From assembly GCA_965214705.1 (NCBI GenBank), contig CBDCCI010000001.1:288001-352000 (forward strand): a stretch of 64,000 bases of DNA, given 5' to 3'. This DNA comes from Alphaproteobacteria bacterium. GTDB lineage: Bacteria; Pseudomonadota; Alphaproteobacteria; UBA828. Shown piece after piece: positions 28,359 through 37,297 of this stretch. Made by a program: the position numbers and the translations under genes. Numbering within the stretch: position 1 is the stretch's first letter; every line of letters begins with the position of its first letter. The notes beneath the pieces are model-generated. The model saw only the letters and a program-made list of their open reading frames with translations. It ran no database searches and was not told the DNA's origin.

Positions 28359-29288
28359 TAGCAGGCGTTCGACGAGGGCAAGAGATTCCCGTTTCGATTC
28401 CGCGCGATAACGGTCCGGCATACGGACGTCGCCCGGCATCTGGGTGCGGAACCAGGTGGTCTGGCGCTTGGCATAACGGCGCGTCGCCTGCCTGCCGAGT
28501 TCGATCGCCCGCTCCAGCGTGGTGACGCCGCTCAGGTGATCGAGCAGAGCGCGGACGCCGACCGCCTTCATCACCGGCAGCCTGGGATCGAGCCCGCGAG
28601 CCTTGAGGCGTGCCGCCTCGTCGAGCGCGCCCGCCGCCATCATGTGCTCGAAACGCTCGTTGCAGGCGTCGTAAAGCGCATCGCGCGGCGGTTCGATGAC
28701 GAGCACGGCCGCGTGGCCTGTGTAGTGATCGTGCTGCTCCGCCTGCCACGCGAGCAGCGAGCGCCCGGTGGCCTCGATCACTTCGTAGGCCCGCATCACT
28801 CGCTGGCTGTCGCCGGGTTCGAGCTGCCCGGCCGCGTCCGGGTCGCGGGCAGCGAGGCGTGCGTGGAGGCCGGCGCTGCCCTCGCGCTCGTAGAGCGTGC
28901 GCACCGCCTCGCGCACGGCCTCGGGAATCTTCGGCACCGGCGCCAGGCCTTCGAGCAGCGCCCGCAGGTAAAGCCCTGTTCCGCCAACCAGAATAGGCAG
29001 CGCGCCATCGCCCTGCGCGCGCTCGATCTCTGCCATCGCCAGAGCGCGCCAGCGACCAGCCGAGCAGCGCTCGGCGCCGTCGAGCACGCCATAGAGCCGG
29101 TGCGGCGCGCGCGCCCGCAGCGCAACGTCCGGCCACGATGTGAGGATCGGCAGGTCGCGGTAGAGCTGCATGCTGTCGGCGTTGACGACCACGCCGCCGA
29201 AGCGCTCGGCTGCGTCGGCCGCGAGTGCCGACTTGCCGCTCGCCGTCGGGCCGCCGATCACCAGGATCGTAGGGGGACCCTCGGCCAC
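28347..29288 (-). CDS. miaA: tRNA dimethylallyltransferase
   Basis: GPTASGKS, NADSMQLY, VGGTGLY, TRRYAKRQ.TW. Confidence 0.98.
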   Translation of the reverse strand: MAEGPPTILVIGGPTASGKSALAADAAERFGGVVVNADSMQLYRDLPILTSWPDVALRARAPHRLYGVLDGAERCSAGRWRALAMAEIERAQGDGALPILVGGTGLYLRALLEGLAPVPKIPEAVREAVRTLYEREGSAGLHARLAARDPDAAGQLEPGDSQRVMRAYEVIEATGRSLLAWQAEQHDHYTGHAAVLVIEPPRDALYDACNERFEHMMAAGALDEAARLKARGLDPRLPVMKAVGVRALLDHLSGVTTLERAIELGRQATRRYAKRQTTWFRTQMPGDVRMPDRYRAESKRESLALVERLLLTG

Positions 29289-29305
29289 AGCGTCGTCACC
29301 TGCCT

Positions 29306-30538
29306 TCAGGACGTGAGCAGCGAGACCAGTCCGTCGGCGAGCTTGGGCTCGAACCAGGTGGTTTTCGGCGGCAGGATCGCGCTGGCGTCGGCGACCGCCA
29401 TGAGATCCTCCACCGAGGTCGGATGGAGCGAGAAGGCGACCGTCGCCTCGCCGCCGTCGACCGCCGCCGCGAGTGCGTCGATCCCGCGCCCGCCGCCAAC
29501 GAAGTCGATCCGCTCATCGAGCCTGGGATCGACGATGCCGAGGATTGGCCCGAGCACCAGGCACGCCAGCAGCGAAACGTCGAGGCGGTTGACCACCGGG
29601 CCGCCGGCGGGCGCCAGAGCCTCGGCTGCGAGCCGGTACCAGCGGCCCTCGACATACATGCCGAATTGGGCCGGCGTCGCGGGCTCCACCGGCCCGTCCG
29701 CCGGCTCGCAGCGCAGCGTCTCGCCGACCGCGCGAAGAAATGCGTCGGGCGTGAGCCCGTTCAGGCCCTGCACGATCCGGTGATAGCCCAGAATCCGCAC
29801 CTCGTCGGCCGGGAAGCTCACCGTCAACAGGCGGCCGGCGGCTTCTCCCGTCCCCGCTCCCATCGCCTGGGCCGCCATCTGCGCGGCGGCGGCGCGGTGG
29901 TGACCGTCGGCGATGTAGAGCGCGCCGATCCGGTCGAATTGCCCTGTCAGCGCGTCGATCTCGTCCGCACCGTCGATGGACCAGAGCGTGTGAGTCACCG
30001 TGCCGTCGAGCACGGCGCGGCAGAGCGGCGGCCCTCCGCAGGCCGCGGCTAACAGGCGGCGAACCTCTTCGTCCGGCCGGTGAATTGTGAGGACAGGGCC
30101 GGTCTGCGCGCCGAGCGCCGCAATATGACGGGCCCGGTCTTCTACCTTGGTCGGCCGGGTCAACTCGTGCCGCTTGACCGCACCCTCCTCGTAGGCGGCG
30201 AGCGAGGCCGCCGCCACGAGCCCGGTCTGCGTGCGACTGTCTGCCTTCATGCGGTATGCGTAGAAGCGGGAGGCCGAGTCGCGGATCAGGACTCCACTCT
30301 CAATCATCCGCGCGAAGCCCGCCGCAGCCCCTTCGTAAAGTTCGGGCGCGCCGGGCGGCGTCTCGGGCGGCAGGTCGATCTCGGGCCGGGAGACGTGGAG
30401 GAAGCTCAGCGGCCGGCCCTCGGCGGCGGCGCGGGCCTCGTCCGTCGACATCACGTCGTAGGGCGCCGCCGCCACCGCATCGGCATGCTCCGGGGCCGCG
30501 CGAAGCCCCGCGAAGGGCGCGAGCAGCCGCTCGCTCAT
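29306..30538 (-). CDS. DUF1015 family protein (ParB-like)
   Basis: PYDV, SFLHV, HELT, YIADGHHR, PPKTTWFEPKL. Confidence 0.88.
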   Translation of the reverse strand: MSERLLAPFAGLRAAPEHADAVAAAPYDVMSTDEARAAAEGRPLSFLHVSRPEIDLPPETPPGAPELYEGAAAGFARMIESGVLIRDSASRFYAYRMKADSRTQTGLVAAASLAAYEEGAVKRHELTRPTKVEDRARHIAALGAQTGPVLTIHRPDEEVRRLLAAACGGPPLCRAVLDGTVTHTLWSIDGADEIDALTGQFDRIGALYIADGHHRAAAAQMAAQAMGAGTGEAAGRLLTVSFPADEVRILGYHRIVQGLNGLTPDAFLRAVGETLRCEPADGPVEPATPAQFGMYVEGRWYRLAAEALAPAGGPVVNRLDVSLLACLVLGPILGIVDPRLDERIDFVGGGRGIDALAAAVDGGEATVAFSLHPTSVEDLMAVADASAILPPKTTWFEPKLADGLVSLLTS

Positions 30539-30578
30539 TTGTTGCGTCCCTTGCTCGCCACGTCCTGCCTCACTGCAC

Positions 30579-30773
30579 CTAGTTGACGAGCCAGACCAGC
30601 AGGAGGCCCGCCAACGCCGCGCCCGTGCCGATGGCGCGGATCCGGCCCGAAGGCTGCGCCAGCACGCGAGCGATGCTACGCCGCATGGCCTCCGGAAACA
30701 GCGCGTAGAGCCCGCCCTCGATAACGAAGATAAGCCCGATTGCGGTCAGGAAGGCGGTGAGCCCGTCGCTCAT
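30579..30773 (-). CDS. DUF2065 family small membrane protein
   Basis: AIGLIFVIEGGLYALFP; directly after hflC. Confidence 0.88.
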   Translation of the reverse strand: MSDGLTAFLTAIGLIFVIEGGLYALFPEAMRRSIARVLAQPSGRIRAIGTGAALAGLLLVWLVN

Positions 30774-30832
30774 AGCCGGATCGTTGGGGGTGGCCGTGGG
30801 ACGGCCTTGCACCGGCGCGAGGCCGGGGCGCG

Positions 30833-31747
30833 TCACTCAGGTGCCGCCGGGGCGGGCGCCTGAGGCTGCACGATATTGTCGAAGAAGCGGAAGAACTCGC
30901 TGTCGGGCGACAGCACCATGCTCGTGTCGCCATCGCCGAGGGCTTCGCGATAGGCCTGCATGGCCCGGTAGAAGGCGTAAAACTCGGAGTCGCGTCCATA
31001 TGCGTCGCGCGAGATGCGCAAGGCTTCTTCGTCGCCCTCACCGCGCAGGGTCTGGGACTCGCGCTCCGCCTCCGCGAGGAGCACCACACGCTCGCGATCA
31101 GCGCGCGAGCGGATGCGCTGCGACTCTTCCTCGCCCTGCGCCCTGAACTCCTTGGCCTCGCGCTCACGCTCGGTCTGCATGCGCTGGTAGACGGCCTGGC
31201 TGTTCTCCTCCGGCAGGTCAGCGCGGCGTATGCGCACGTCGATCACATCGACGCCGAAGCCGGTAGACTGACGGTTCACCTGGTCCCTGATCTCGGTCAT
31301 GAGCTGCGCACGCTCGCCCGAGAGCACGGTGATCAACTCGACCGTACCCAGCACCTGCCTCGTGCTGGCGTTGAGGATCGCGCCGAGTCTCGCACGCGCT
31401 ATCGCCTCGTTGCCGACGGACTGGAAGAAGCGCAGAGGATCGATGATCCGGTAGCGGATGAAGGCGTCGACCACCAGCCGCTTCTGATCGCCGAGAATCA
31501 TCTCCTCCGCCGGCGCGTTGAAGTCCAGCACGCGCTTCTCGAAGTACTCGACGTTCTGGACGAAGGGTGTCTTGAAGCGGAGCCCCGGCTCGTCCGTGCC
31601 CCACTGGTTCACCACCTTGATGGGCTCACCCAGCTGCAGGAGAATCGCCTGCTGATCCTCGCGCACCTTGTAGGTGGAGATCAGAAGCAGGATGATCGCC
31701 ACGAGGATGACCGCGGCGCCGATAATGAATTTGAGCCGGGTACTCAT
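30833..31747 (-). CDS. hflC: FtsH modulator HflC
   Basis: PGLRFKTPF, DQKRLVVD, DVRIRRADLP, RMQTER, FYAFYR, LSPDSEFF. Confidence 0.96.
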   Translation of the reverse strand: MSTRLKFIIGAAVILVAIILLLISTYKVREDQQAILLQLGEPIKVVNQWGTDEPGLRFKTPFVQNVEYFEKRVLDFNAPAEEMILGDQKRLVVDAFIRYRIIDPLRFFQSVGNEAIARARLGAILNASTRQVLGTVELITVLSGERAQLMTEIRDQVNRQSTGFGVDVIDVRIRRADLPEENSQAVYQRMQTEREREAKEFRAQGEEESQRIRSRADRERVVLLAEAERESQTLRGEGDEEALRISRDAYGRDSEFYAFYRAMQAYREALGDGDTSMVLSPDSEFFRFFDNIVQPQAPAPAAPE

Positions 31748-31750
31748 GGT

Positions 31751-32884
31751 CTACTGCGTGTCCCCCGTGCCCTGCCGGCGCTGAAGCTCGGGTAGCGGCA
31801 GGTAGGGCACGACTCCGCTACCACCTTGCGCCGCAGAATCGATGATGATCTTGTCGATTCCGCCGAGCACCTCCTCCATCGTCTCCAGATACATGCGCCG
31901 GCGGACGACATCCATGTTCTGCGCATATTCGCTGTAGACCGAGAGGAAGCGCGCCGCCTCACCCTGGGCCCTGGCGACGACTTCCTCCTTGTAGGCCGTG
32001 CCCTCCTGCACGAGGCGCTCAGCGGCGCCGCGCGCCCGCGGGATGATGTCGTTGCGGTAGGCTTCGGCTTCGTTCTTGGCCCGCTCCTGGTCGGCGCGCG
32101 CCGCCTGCACGTCACGGAAGGACGCGATCACAGCCTCCGGCGGCGCGATGTCCTGCGGCTCGATCTGAGTGATCTCGATGCCGGCGCCGTAATAGTCCAG
32201 GACCTGCTGCGTGAGCTGGTGGGTCTGCTGTGCCAGCAGCAGGCGTTCCTCGGCGAGCGCCGACTGCAGGCGGGTCTTGCCGATCACCTCGCGCATCGCG
32301 CTCTCGGCCGCGTCCTTCACCGTGCGCTCCGGCGCCTGGATGTTGAACAGGAACTGGCCGGCATCGCGGATGCGCCAGAAGGCGGTGAACTTCACGTCGA
32401 TGATGTTCTCGTCGCCGGTCAGCATCAGGCTCTCGTCGGGCACCGGCCGCGTGAACGCCCCCCGTTGGGAATCGACCAGGGTCCGGTAGCCGATCTCGGC
32501 CCGGTTGATCTTGGTCACCTTGGGCAGGATAACCGTCTCGAATGGCCACGGCAGGTGGTAGTTGAGGCCCGGCTGGGTGGTCTTGGTCCACTCGCCCCAG
32601 CGCAGCACCACGCCCTGCTCGTCGGGCTCGACCCGGTAGAAACCGGTCAGCAGCCAGATGCCGATGGCGACGAGGAGCAGCAGGATGAGCCCGCGGCTAC
32701 CGCGTAGCCCGGGCATCCACCTGCGGAAGCGATCCTGGCCGCGCCGCAACATCTCTTCGAGGTCGGGCGGAGGTGGTTGCCCACCACCACGCCGGCCGCC
32801 GCCGCCCGGCGAGCGCCCCCACGGGCCGCTGTTGCCGCCGCCGCTTTGCCAGCCGCCCCCGCCACCTTGGCTAGACCAGGGCAT
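31751..32884 (-). CDS. hflK: FtsH modulator HflK
   Basis: MPW..GPWG, PPDLEE, MLTGDENII, RRMYLETME, VVPYLPL. Confidence 0.96.
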   Translation of the reverse strand: MPWSSQGGGGGWQSGGGNSGPWGRSPGGGGRRGGGQPPPPDLEEMLRRGQDRFRRWMPGLRGSRGLILLLLVAIGIWLLTGFYRVEPDEQGVVLRWGEWTKTTQPGLNYHLPWPFETVILPKVTKINRAEIGYRTLVDSQRGAFTRPVPDESLMLTGDENIIDVKFTAFWRIRDAGQFLFNIQAPERTVKDAAESAMREVIGKTRLQSALAEERLLLAQQTHQLTQQVLDYYGAGIEITQIEPQDIAPPEAVIASFRDVQAARADQERAKNEAEAYRNDIIPRARGAAERLVQEGTAYKEEVVARAQGEAARFLSVYSEYAQNMDVVRRRMYLETMEEVLGGIDKIIIDSAAQGGSGVVPYLPLPELQRRQGTGDTQ

Positions 32885-33015
32885 GGGTCAGCCTTTCTCC
32901 CAAGGCTTTGCATGTCGTCATGGGCGCCTTATAAGTCATGCGGTTGCGGCACGCAACGACGCACACACATCCCTGCTGTCGCGTCTTGCCGTGACCCCCC
33001 GGTCGGAGTGGAACG

Positions 33016-34179
33016 ATGGCGTCGGTCACCAAGGATCAGGTTCTGGCGGCGCTCGCTGACGTCCTGGACCCGGACAGCGGACAGAGCGTGGTCGCGAGCG
33101 GCCTCATCAGCGGAGTCGTGGTGAAAGACGGCAACGTGGGCTTCGCGCTGGAGGTCGATCCGGACCAGGGCGCGGCGAAGGAGCCGCTGCGAAAGGCCTG
33201 CGAGACTGCGGTGGAGCGGCTCTCCGGCGTGCTTTCGGTGACGGCCGTGCTCACCGCCGAGCGGCCAGCAGGCGGCCAGGCGCAGGGACAGGGCCGCGGT
33301 CATTCGCATGGCCACGGCCACGGTCACGCCCACGGCGGGCAGGCCCAGGCGCGGGCGCCGCAGGCCGATCAGCTCCTGCCAGGGGTGAAGAGCGTCATCG
33401 CCATCGCATCCGGCAAGGGCGGCGTGGGCAAGTCGACGACTGCCGTCAACATCGCGACCGCGATGGCTGCCCAGAATGTCCGAGTCGGTCTGCTCGACTG
33501 CGACATCTACGGGCCTTCGATTCCGCGCATGCTCAACCTGAGTGGCCAGCCGGAGATGGTGGGCGAGCGCACGCTCCGCCCCATGGCGAACTACGGGATC
33601 AAGTGCATGTCCATCGGCTTTCTGGTGGCCGAGGATACCGCCATGATCTGGCGCGGGCCCATGGTGATGCAGGCGCTGGAGCAGATGATGCGGGACGTCG
33701 ATTGGGGCGAGCTCGACGTGCTGCTCTGCGACCTGCCGCCCGGCACCGGCGATGCGCAGCTCACCATGGCGCAGCGGGTGCCGCTCACCGGCGCGGTGAT
33801 CGTCTCCACGCCGCAGGATATCGCCCTGCTCGACGTGACGCGGGGCATCAACATGTTCCAGCAGGTCAACGTGCCGATCTTCGGGGTCGTCGAGAACATG
33901 AGCTATTACGTCTGCCCCGCGTGCGGCCACCGGGCCGAGCTGTTCCACCACGGCGGGGCGCGCGAGACCGCGCGCCGGCTCGGCGTGGACTTCCTGGGCG
34001 AGATACCGCTCGATATCTCGATCCGGACGACGTCCGATGCGGGCCGGCCGATCGTGGTCACCCAGCCCGAGAGCCCCCACGCCGAATCCTATCGGCAGAT
34101 CGCCGCTGGCCTGATCGACAAGGCCACCTCGGCGGTGAGCGGCGCCGGCCGCGCCCAGCCCCGCATCGTCATGATGTGA
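33016..34179 (+). CDS. mrp: Mrp/ApbC Fe-S cluster carrier ATPase
   Basis: SGKGGVGKST, DIYGPS, WRGPM, DLPPGTGD, STPQ, ENMS..CPACG. Confidence 0.96.
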   Translation: MASVTKDQVLAALADVLDPDSGQSVVASGLISGVVVKDGNVGFALEVDPDQGAAKEPLRKACETAVERLSGVLSVTAVLTAERPAGGQAQGQGRGHSHGHGHGHAHGGQAQARAPQADQLLPGVKSVIAIASGKGGVGKSTTAVNIATAMAAQNVRVGLLDCDIYGPSIPRMLNLSGQPEMVGERTLRPMANYGIKCMSIGFLVAEDTAMIWRGPMVMQALEQMMRDVDWGELDVLLCDLPPGTGDAQLTMAQRVPLTGAVIVSTPQDIALLDVTRGINMFQQVNVPIFGVVENMSYYVCPACGHRAELFHHGGARETARRLGVDFLGEIPLDISIRTTSDAGRPIVVTQPESPHAESYRQIAAGLIDKATSAVSGAGRAQPRIVMM

Positions 34180-34191
34180 GCGCACCCGTCG

Positions 34192-34878
34192 ATGGCGAAC
34201 AGGCGGTCGGACGGCGTTCTCTCAAGACTAGCGGCCCTTTCGGGCCGCAGGCGCTGGATCGGCGCCGGCATTGTCGCCCTGCTCTTGGCAGCGCTGGTAG
34301 CGGCCGGGTGCACGCCCTCGGTTCCGGATCGTCAGCAGGACCTTTGCGCCGTCTTCCACCAGCATCCCGACTGGTACGACTACGCCAAGGAGGCGGAGGA
34401 CACGTGGGACGTGCCGGTTCACATTCTCATGGCCTTCGTGCATCACGAATCGAGCTACCGGAGCGATGCGCGGCCGCCACGCAAGTACGTCCTCTGGTTC
34501 ATCCCGTGGGGGCGCGTGTCGTCAGCCAAGGGGTACGCCCAGGCGCAGGACCCGGCCTGGGAGGACTACACGAACGAGCGCGGCTCCTTCTGGCGCAGCC
34601 GCTCTGACATGGAGGACGCCCTCGATTTCATCGGCTGGTACAACCACGGGACGTCGCGTCAGCTCGGCATCGCCAAGACCGACGCACGCAACCTCTATCT
34701 CGCTTATCACGAGGGACGCGGCGGCTACCGGCGCGGCACCTGGAAAGAGAAGCCCAAGTTGCAACAAATCGCGAAGCGGGTGGCCGAGACCGCCAGTCGC
34801 TACGAAGCGCAACTCAAGCGCTGCGAATCGGAATTCCGCTGCGATTCCTGGTGGGAGGTGTGGCCCCTCTGTAGCTAG
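34192..34878 (+). CDS. SLT-like transglycosylase lipoprotein
   Basis: Lipobox AAGC, HESSY, SSAKGYAQA, DFIGWY, YLAYHEG. Confidence 0.75.
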   Translation: MANRRSDGVLSRLAALSGRRRWIGAGIVALLLAALVAAGCTPSVPDRQQDLCAVFHQHPDWYDYAKEAEDTWDVPVHILMAFVHHESSYRSDARPPRKYVLWFIPWGRVSSAKGYAQAQDPAWEDYTNERGSFWRSRSDMEDALDFIGWYNHGTSRQLGIAKTDARNLYLAYHEGRGGYRRGTWKEKPKLQQIAKRVAETASRYEAQLKRCESEFRCDSWWEVWPLCS

Positions 34879-34908
34879 GGCGTGTCCGTCTTTGACGGAC
34901 GCGCGACA
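34876..34908. repeat. 33-bp TAG-terminal palindrome, copy 1
   Basis: TAGGGCGTGTCCGTC-TTT-GACGGACGCGCGACA; begins at the SLT gene stop codon. Confidence 0.6.
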
Positions 34909-34990
34909 GGCCGCGACTGCGGCCCGCCGCCCCTGCGGCGCCCTCGCGGAGGTGTCGGCCGTAGGCCGGCTGCCGTGAGCGATAAATAGG

Positions 34991-35023
34991 TAGAGCGTTT
35001 CCGTGCAAAGCGGAAACGCTCTA
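34991..35023. repeat. 33-bp TAG-terminal palindrome, copy 2
   Basis: TAGAGCGTTTCCG-TGCAAAG-CGGAAACGCTCTA, perfect 13-bp stem; right end is the thyX stop. Confidence 0.75.
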
Positions 35024-36064
35024 GGGCTCCCGCCCCAGCACCGCCATAAGCTCGCGCCACTCGCGCTTGGAGAGGCCGCTGTTCTCCTGATCAACCACCT
35101 CGCCCGCCAGCATGCGCTTGACCACGTCGAGCCCGCCTCTCGAGAGCGATGCGGCATCCATCCCATAGTCCCGAAAGGCCTCGTAGGTCGCCGGCACCCA
35201 GCGCGCGACGACCTTGTCGAGGATCACATCGGCATAGGCGCGGATCTCGTACTGGGCGTGGGCGTCGGCCCGCAGCGACAGGAAGTGCAGCAGGTTGTGC
35301 AAATCGATTTTCCAGTAGAACTGGGTGTAATAGTTGACCGGCAGCGCCGCCCGCGCGAGCTCGCGGGCGAGGCCGGCGCGGTCGGGGTCCTTCTTCTCGC
35401 CGTCCTCGTTCTCGTTGAGCAGGTTCTCGTAGACGCCGTAGGCACGGGTTGAGATCCAGTCGAGGCGCGAGAGCGCCTGGCGGGCCTCCGCGTCCGCCAG
35501 CGAATCGTCCCGGCCCTGCTTGTTGGCGGCGGACTGCGCGGCCAGCTCCTGACGAGTCTCCGCCGCCTCCCGCCACCCGAACAGGTCGTCCATGCCGCTG
35601 CTGCTGGCCCGCTGGCGGTCGATCTGCTCTTCCCGGACAGACTGGAGATGCGCTGGGTCGGGCACGTAGAATTCGCGGTCGAGCCTGGAGTAGCGCGCGG
35701 AATACTCGTTGACGCTGGCGGTGCGGTGGCGGAGCCACTGGCGGGCGACGAAGATTGGCGCCTTGATGTGCAGCTTGAGCTCGCACATCTCGAAGGGCGT
35801 CGTGTGACGATGGCGCAGGAGGTAGCGGATCAGCGCGCGGTCCTCCCGCACGCGCCGCGTGCCCGCGCCGTAGGAGACCCGCGCCGCCTGCACGATGGCG
35901 GCATCGTCCCCCATGTAGTCGATCACCCGGACGAAGCCGTGGTCGAGCACGTCGAAGCGCTCGTAGAGGATCGACTCCAGCGCCGGCACCGTGGCGCGCC
36001 TGGTCTTCTCCCAGGCGGCGCGCTGGGCCTCGATCTCCGCCCGCTTGTGGTCGTCGATCGGCAT
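35021..36064 (-). CDS. thyX: flavin-dependent thymidylate synthase
   Basis: [30 protein letters not shown] signature, ARELAR, HAQYEIR; start placed at MPIDD. Confidence 0.96.
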   Translation of the reverse strand: MPIDDHKRAEIEAQRAAWEKTRRATVPALESILYERFDVLDHGFVRVIDYMGDDAAIVQAARVSYGAGTRRVREDRALIRYLLRHRHTTPFEMCELKLHIKAPIFVARQWLRHRTASVNEYSARYSRLDREFYVPDPAHLQSVREEQIDRQRASSSGMDDLFGWREAAETRQELAAQSAANKQGRDDSLADAEARQALSRLDWISTRAYGVYENLLNENEDGEKKDPDRAGLARELARAALPVNYYTQFYWKIDLHNLLHFLSLRADAHAQYEIRAYADVILDKVVARWVPATYEAFRDYGMDAASLSRGGLDVVKRMLAGEVVDQENSGLSKREWRELMAVLGREP

Positions 36065-36189
36065 GGGCGAGGGACGTCTCCGGTGAGGTCGAACGGCAAT
36101 CCGCGTTGCGATCATACCGCGCTCCCACAACCGTGTGCACAGGTGCCGCGGCCACTTCCCATACGCGCTTCGAGCACCTATATTGTCGG

Positions 36190-36470
36190 GGTCGGCGGGA
36201 GACCGTCGACTATGGCGATAAACGCTGCTCGAAATAAGCGTTGCGGACCCGGGGGCAGTACCCGGCGCCTCCACCATCCCTTGAGCGGGCGGCTCAAGTT
36301 GCGGGGGCGAACCAGGATCGACGTGCGTGGTAAAGGTGTGGTTTTCGCCCGGCATGGTACCGCCGTTATCGGGCCAACTCAGAGGTGCGAACGACAATGA
36401 AGTCGCACTCGCTGCCTAGCATCGCTAGGTAAGCGCGGCTTGGGGGGCGCCGGGCAACAGAAGCCCCCCG
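36190..36470 (+). ncRNA. ssrA: two-piece (circularly permuted) tmRNA; tag [10 protein letters not shown]
   Basis: Acceptor piece ending GGACCCGGGGGCAGTACCCGGCGCCTCCACCA (36276), hairpin intervening segment, GGGGGCGAACCAGGATCGAC (36303), tag frame 36387-36419, 3' GGGGGG..GGCAACAGAAGCCCCCC; CCTATAT -10 upstream; 5' end approximate. Confidence 0.95.
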
Positions 36471-36499
36471 CTAACCCGGCGTTCCGGCCGGGACCATAA

Positions 36500-36640
36500 A
36501 TCACTGGGCACTCATACGAACGAGAAGCTTCGCGTGCGTTTCGCGCGACGCAGGCCGTGACCGTGGCGAGGCTTCCGGGCTAAGCTAACCGGTGGCGGCG
36601 AACCGGCGTGGTTTGGGGGCATCGGGCAACGGCAGCCCCG
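36500..36640 (+). ncRNA. diverged second copy of the tmRNA tag domain and 3' structure
   Basis: GGGCACTCATACGAACGAGAA aligns with GGGCCAACTCAGAGGTGCGAACGACAA; GTGGTTTGGGGGCATCGGGCAACGGCAGCCCC aligns with GCGGCTTGGGGGGCGCCGGGCAACAGAAGCCCCCC. Confidence 0.6.
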
Positions 36641-36667
36641 GTTGAGAGGGTGGACACGGACGCGGCA

Positions 36668-37297
36668 ATGAGCAAGGACCTCATCGGTTACAACACGCTG
36701 GTCGAGAACGGCCTGCGCTCGGTGGTTCGCGAGGCGCTCCGCCGCGTCGCAGAGGAGGGCTGGCCCGGCACCCACCACGCCTACATCACCTTCAAGACCG
36801 CAGCCCCCGGCGTCGAGGTGCCGGATTTCCTCCACACGCGCTACCCGGACGAGCTCACGATCGTGCTTCAGCACCAGTTCTGGGGCCTGGAGGTCGAGGA
36901 CGATTCCTTCTCCGTGACGCTGAGCTTCAACAAGGTGGGCCAGCGCATCGTCGTCCCCTTCGCGGCGCTCACCAGCTACGCCGACCCGTCGGTCAAATTC
37001 GGTTTGCAGTTTGGGGTCGCGCCAGAGGCGCGCGGAGAAATGACCGCGCCGGAGGCGCGCGGAGAAATGACCGCGCCGGAGGCGCGCGGAGAGATGTCCG
37101 CGCCCGAGGCGAGCGAAAAACCAGCGAAGCGGAAGGCGCGCGGAAAGAAGGCTGAGCCGGAAGCGCGCGCAACAGGGTCGGTGCCGGCAGCGGGTGGGGA
37201 AAAGGCCCCGCCAGAGGCGGAAGCGGAAGCGAATACGGACGCGCCGGGGTCGAACGGCGAGAAAGTCGTTGCGCTCGACCACTTCCGCAAGAAGTAG
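36668..37297 (+). CDS. sspB: ClpXP adaptor SspB (alphaproteobacterial type)
   Basis: PGTHHAYITF, YPDELTIVLQHQFW, DPSVKFGLQF, C-terminal VVALDHFRKK ClpX-binding motif; follows ssrA. Confidence 0.95.
   Translation: MSKDLIGYNTLVENGLRSVVREALRRVAEEGWPGTHHAYITFKTAAPGVEVPDFLHTRYPDELTIVLQHQFWGLEVEDDSFSVTLSFNKVGQRIVVPFAALTSYADPSVKFGLQFGVAPEARGEMTAPEARGEMTAPEARGEMSAPEASEKPAKRKARGKKAEPEARATGSVPAAGGEKAPPEAEAEANTDAPGSNGEKVVALDHFRKK
37019..37111 (+). repeat. 27-bp coding tandem repeat (APEARGEMT x3.4) in SspB linker
   Basis: GCGCCGGAGGCGCGCGGAGAAATGACC near-perfect copies at 37019, 37046, 37073. Confidence 0.9.

Noticed and set aside
36277-36302. Integration (att) scar or island at the tmRNA acceptor end
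   Set aside because: Just the short hairpin intervening segment; no integrase and no duplicated acceptor 3' end found in the window
36240-36330. tRNA-Ala-like sequence with CCA
   Set aside because: It is the tRNA-like domain of the permuted tmRNA; no anticodon arm and the halves are in permuted order
36065-36397. 111-aa N-terminal extension of ThyX in the ORF track
   Set aside because: Antisense to tmRNA and its promoter; ThyX similarity begins at MPIDD (36064)
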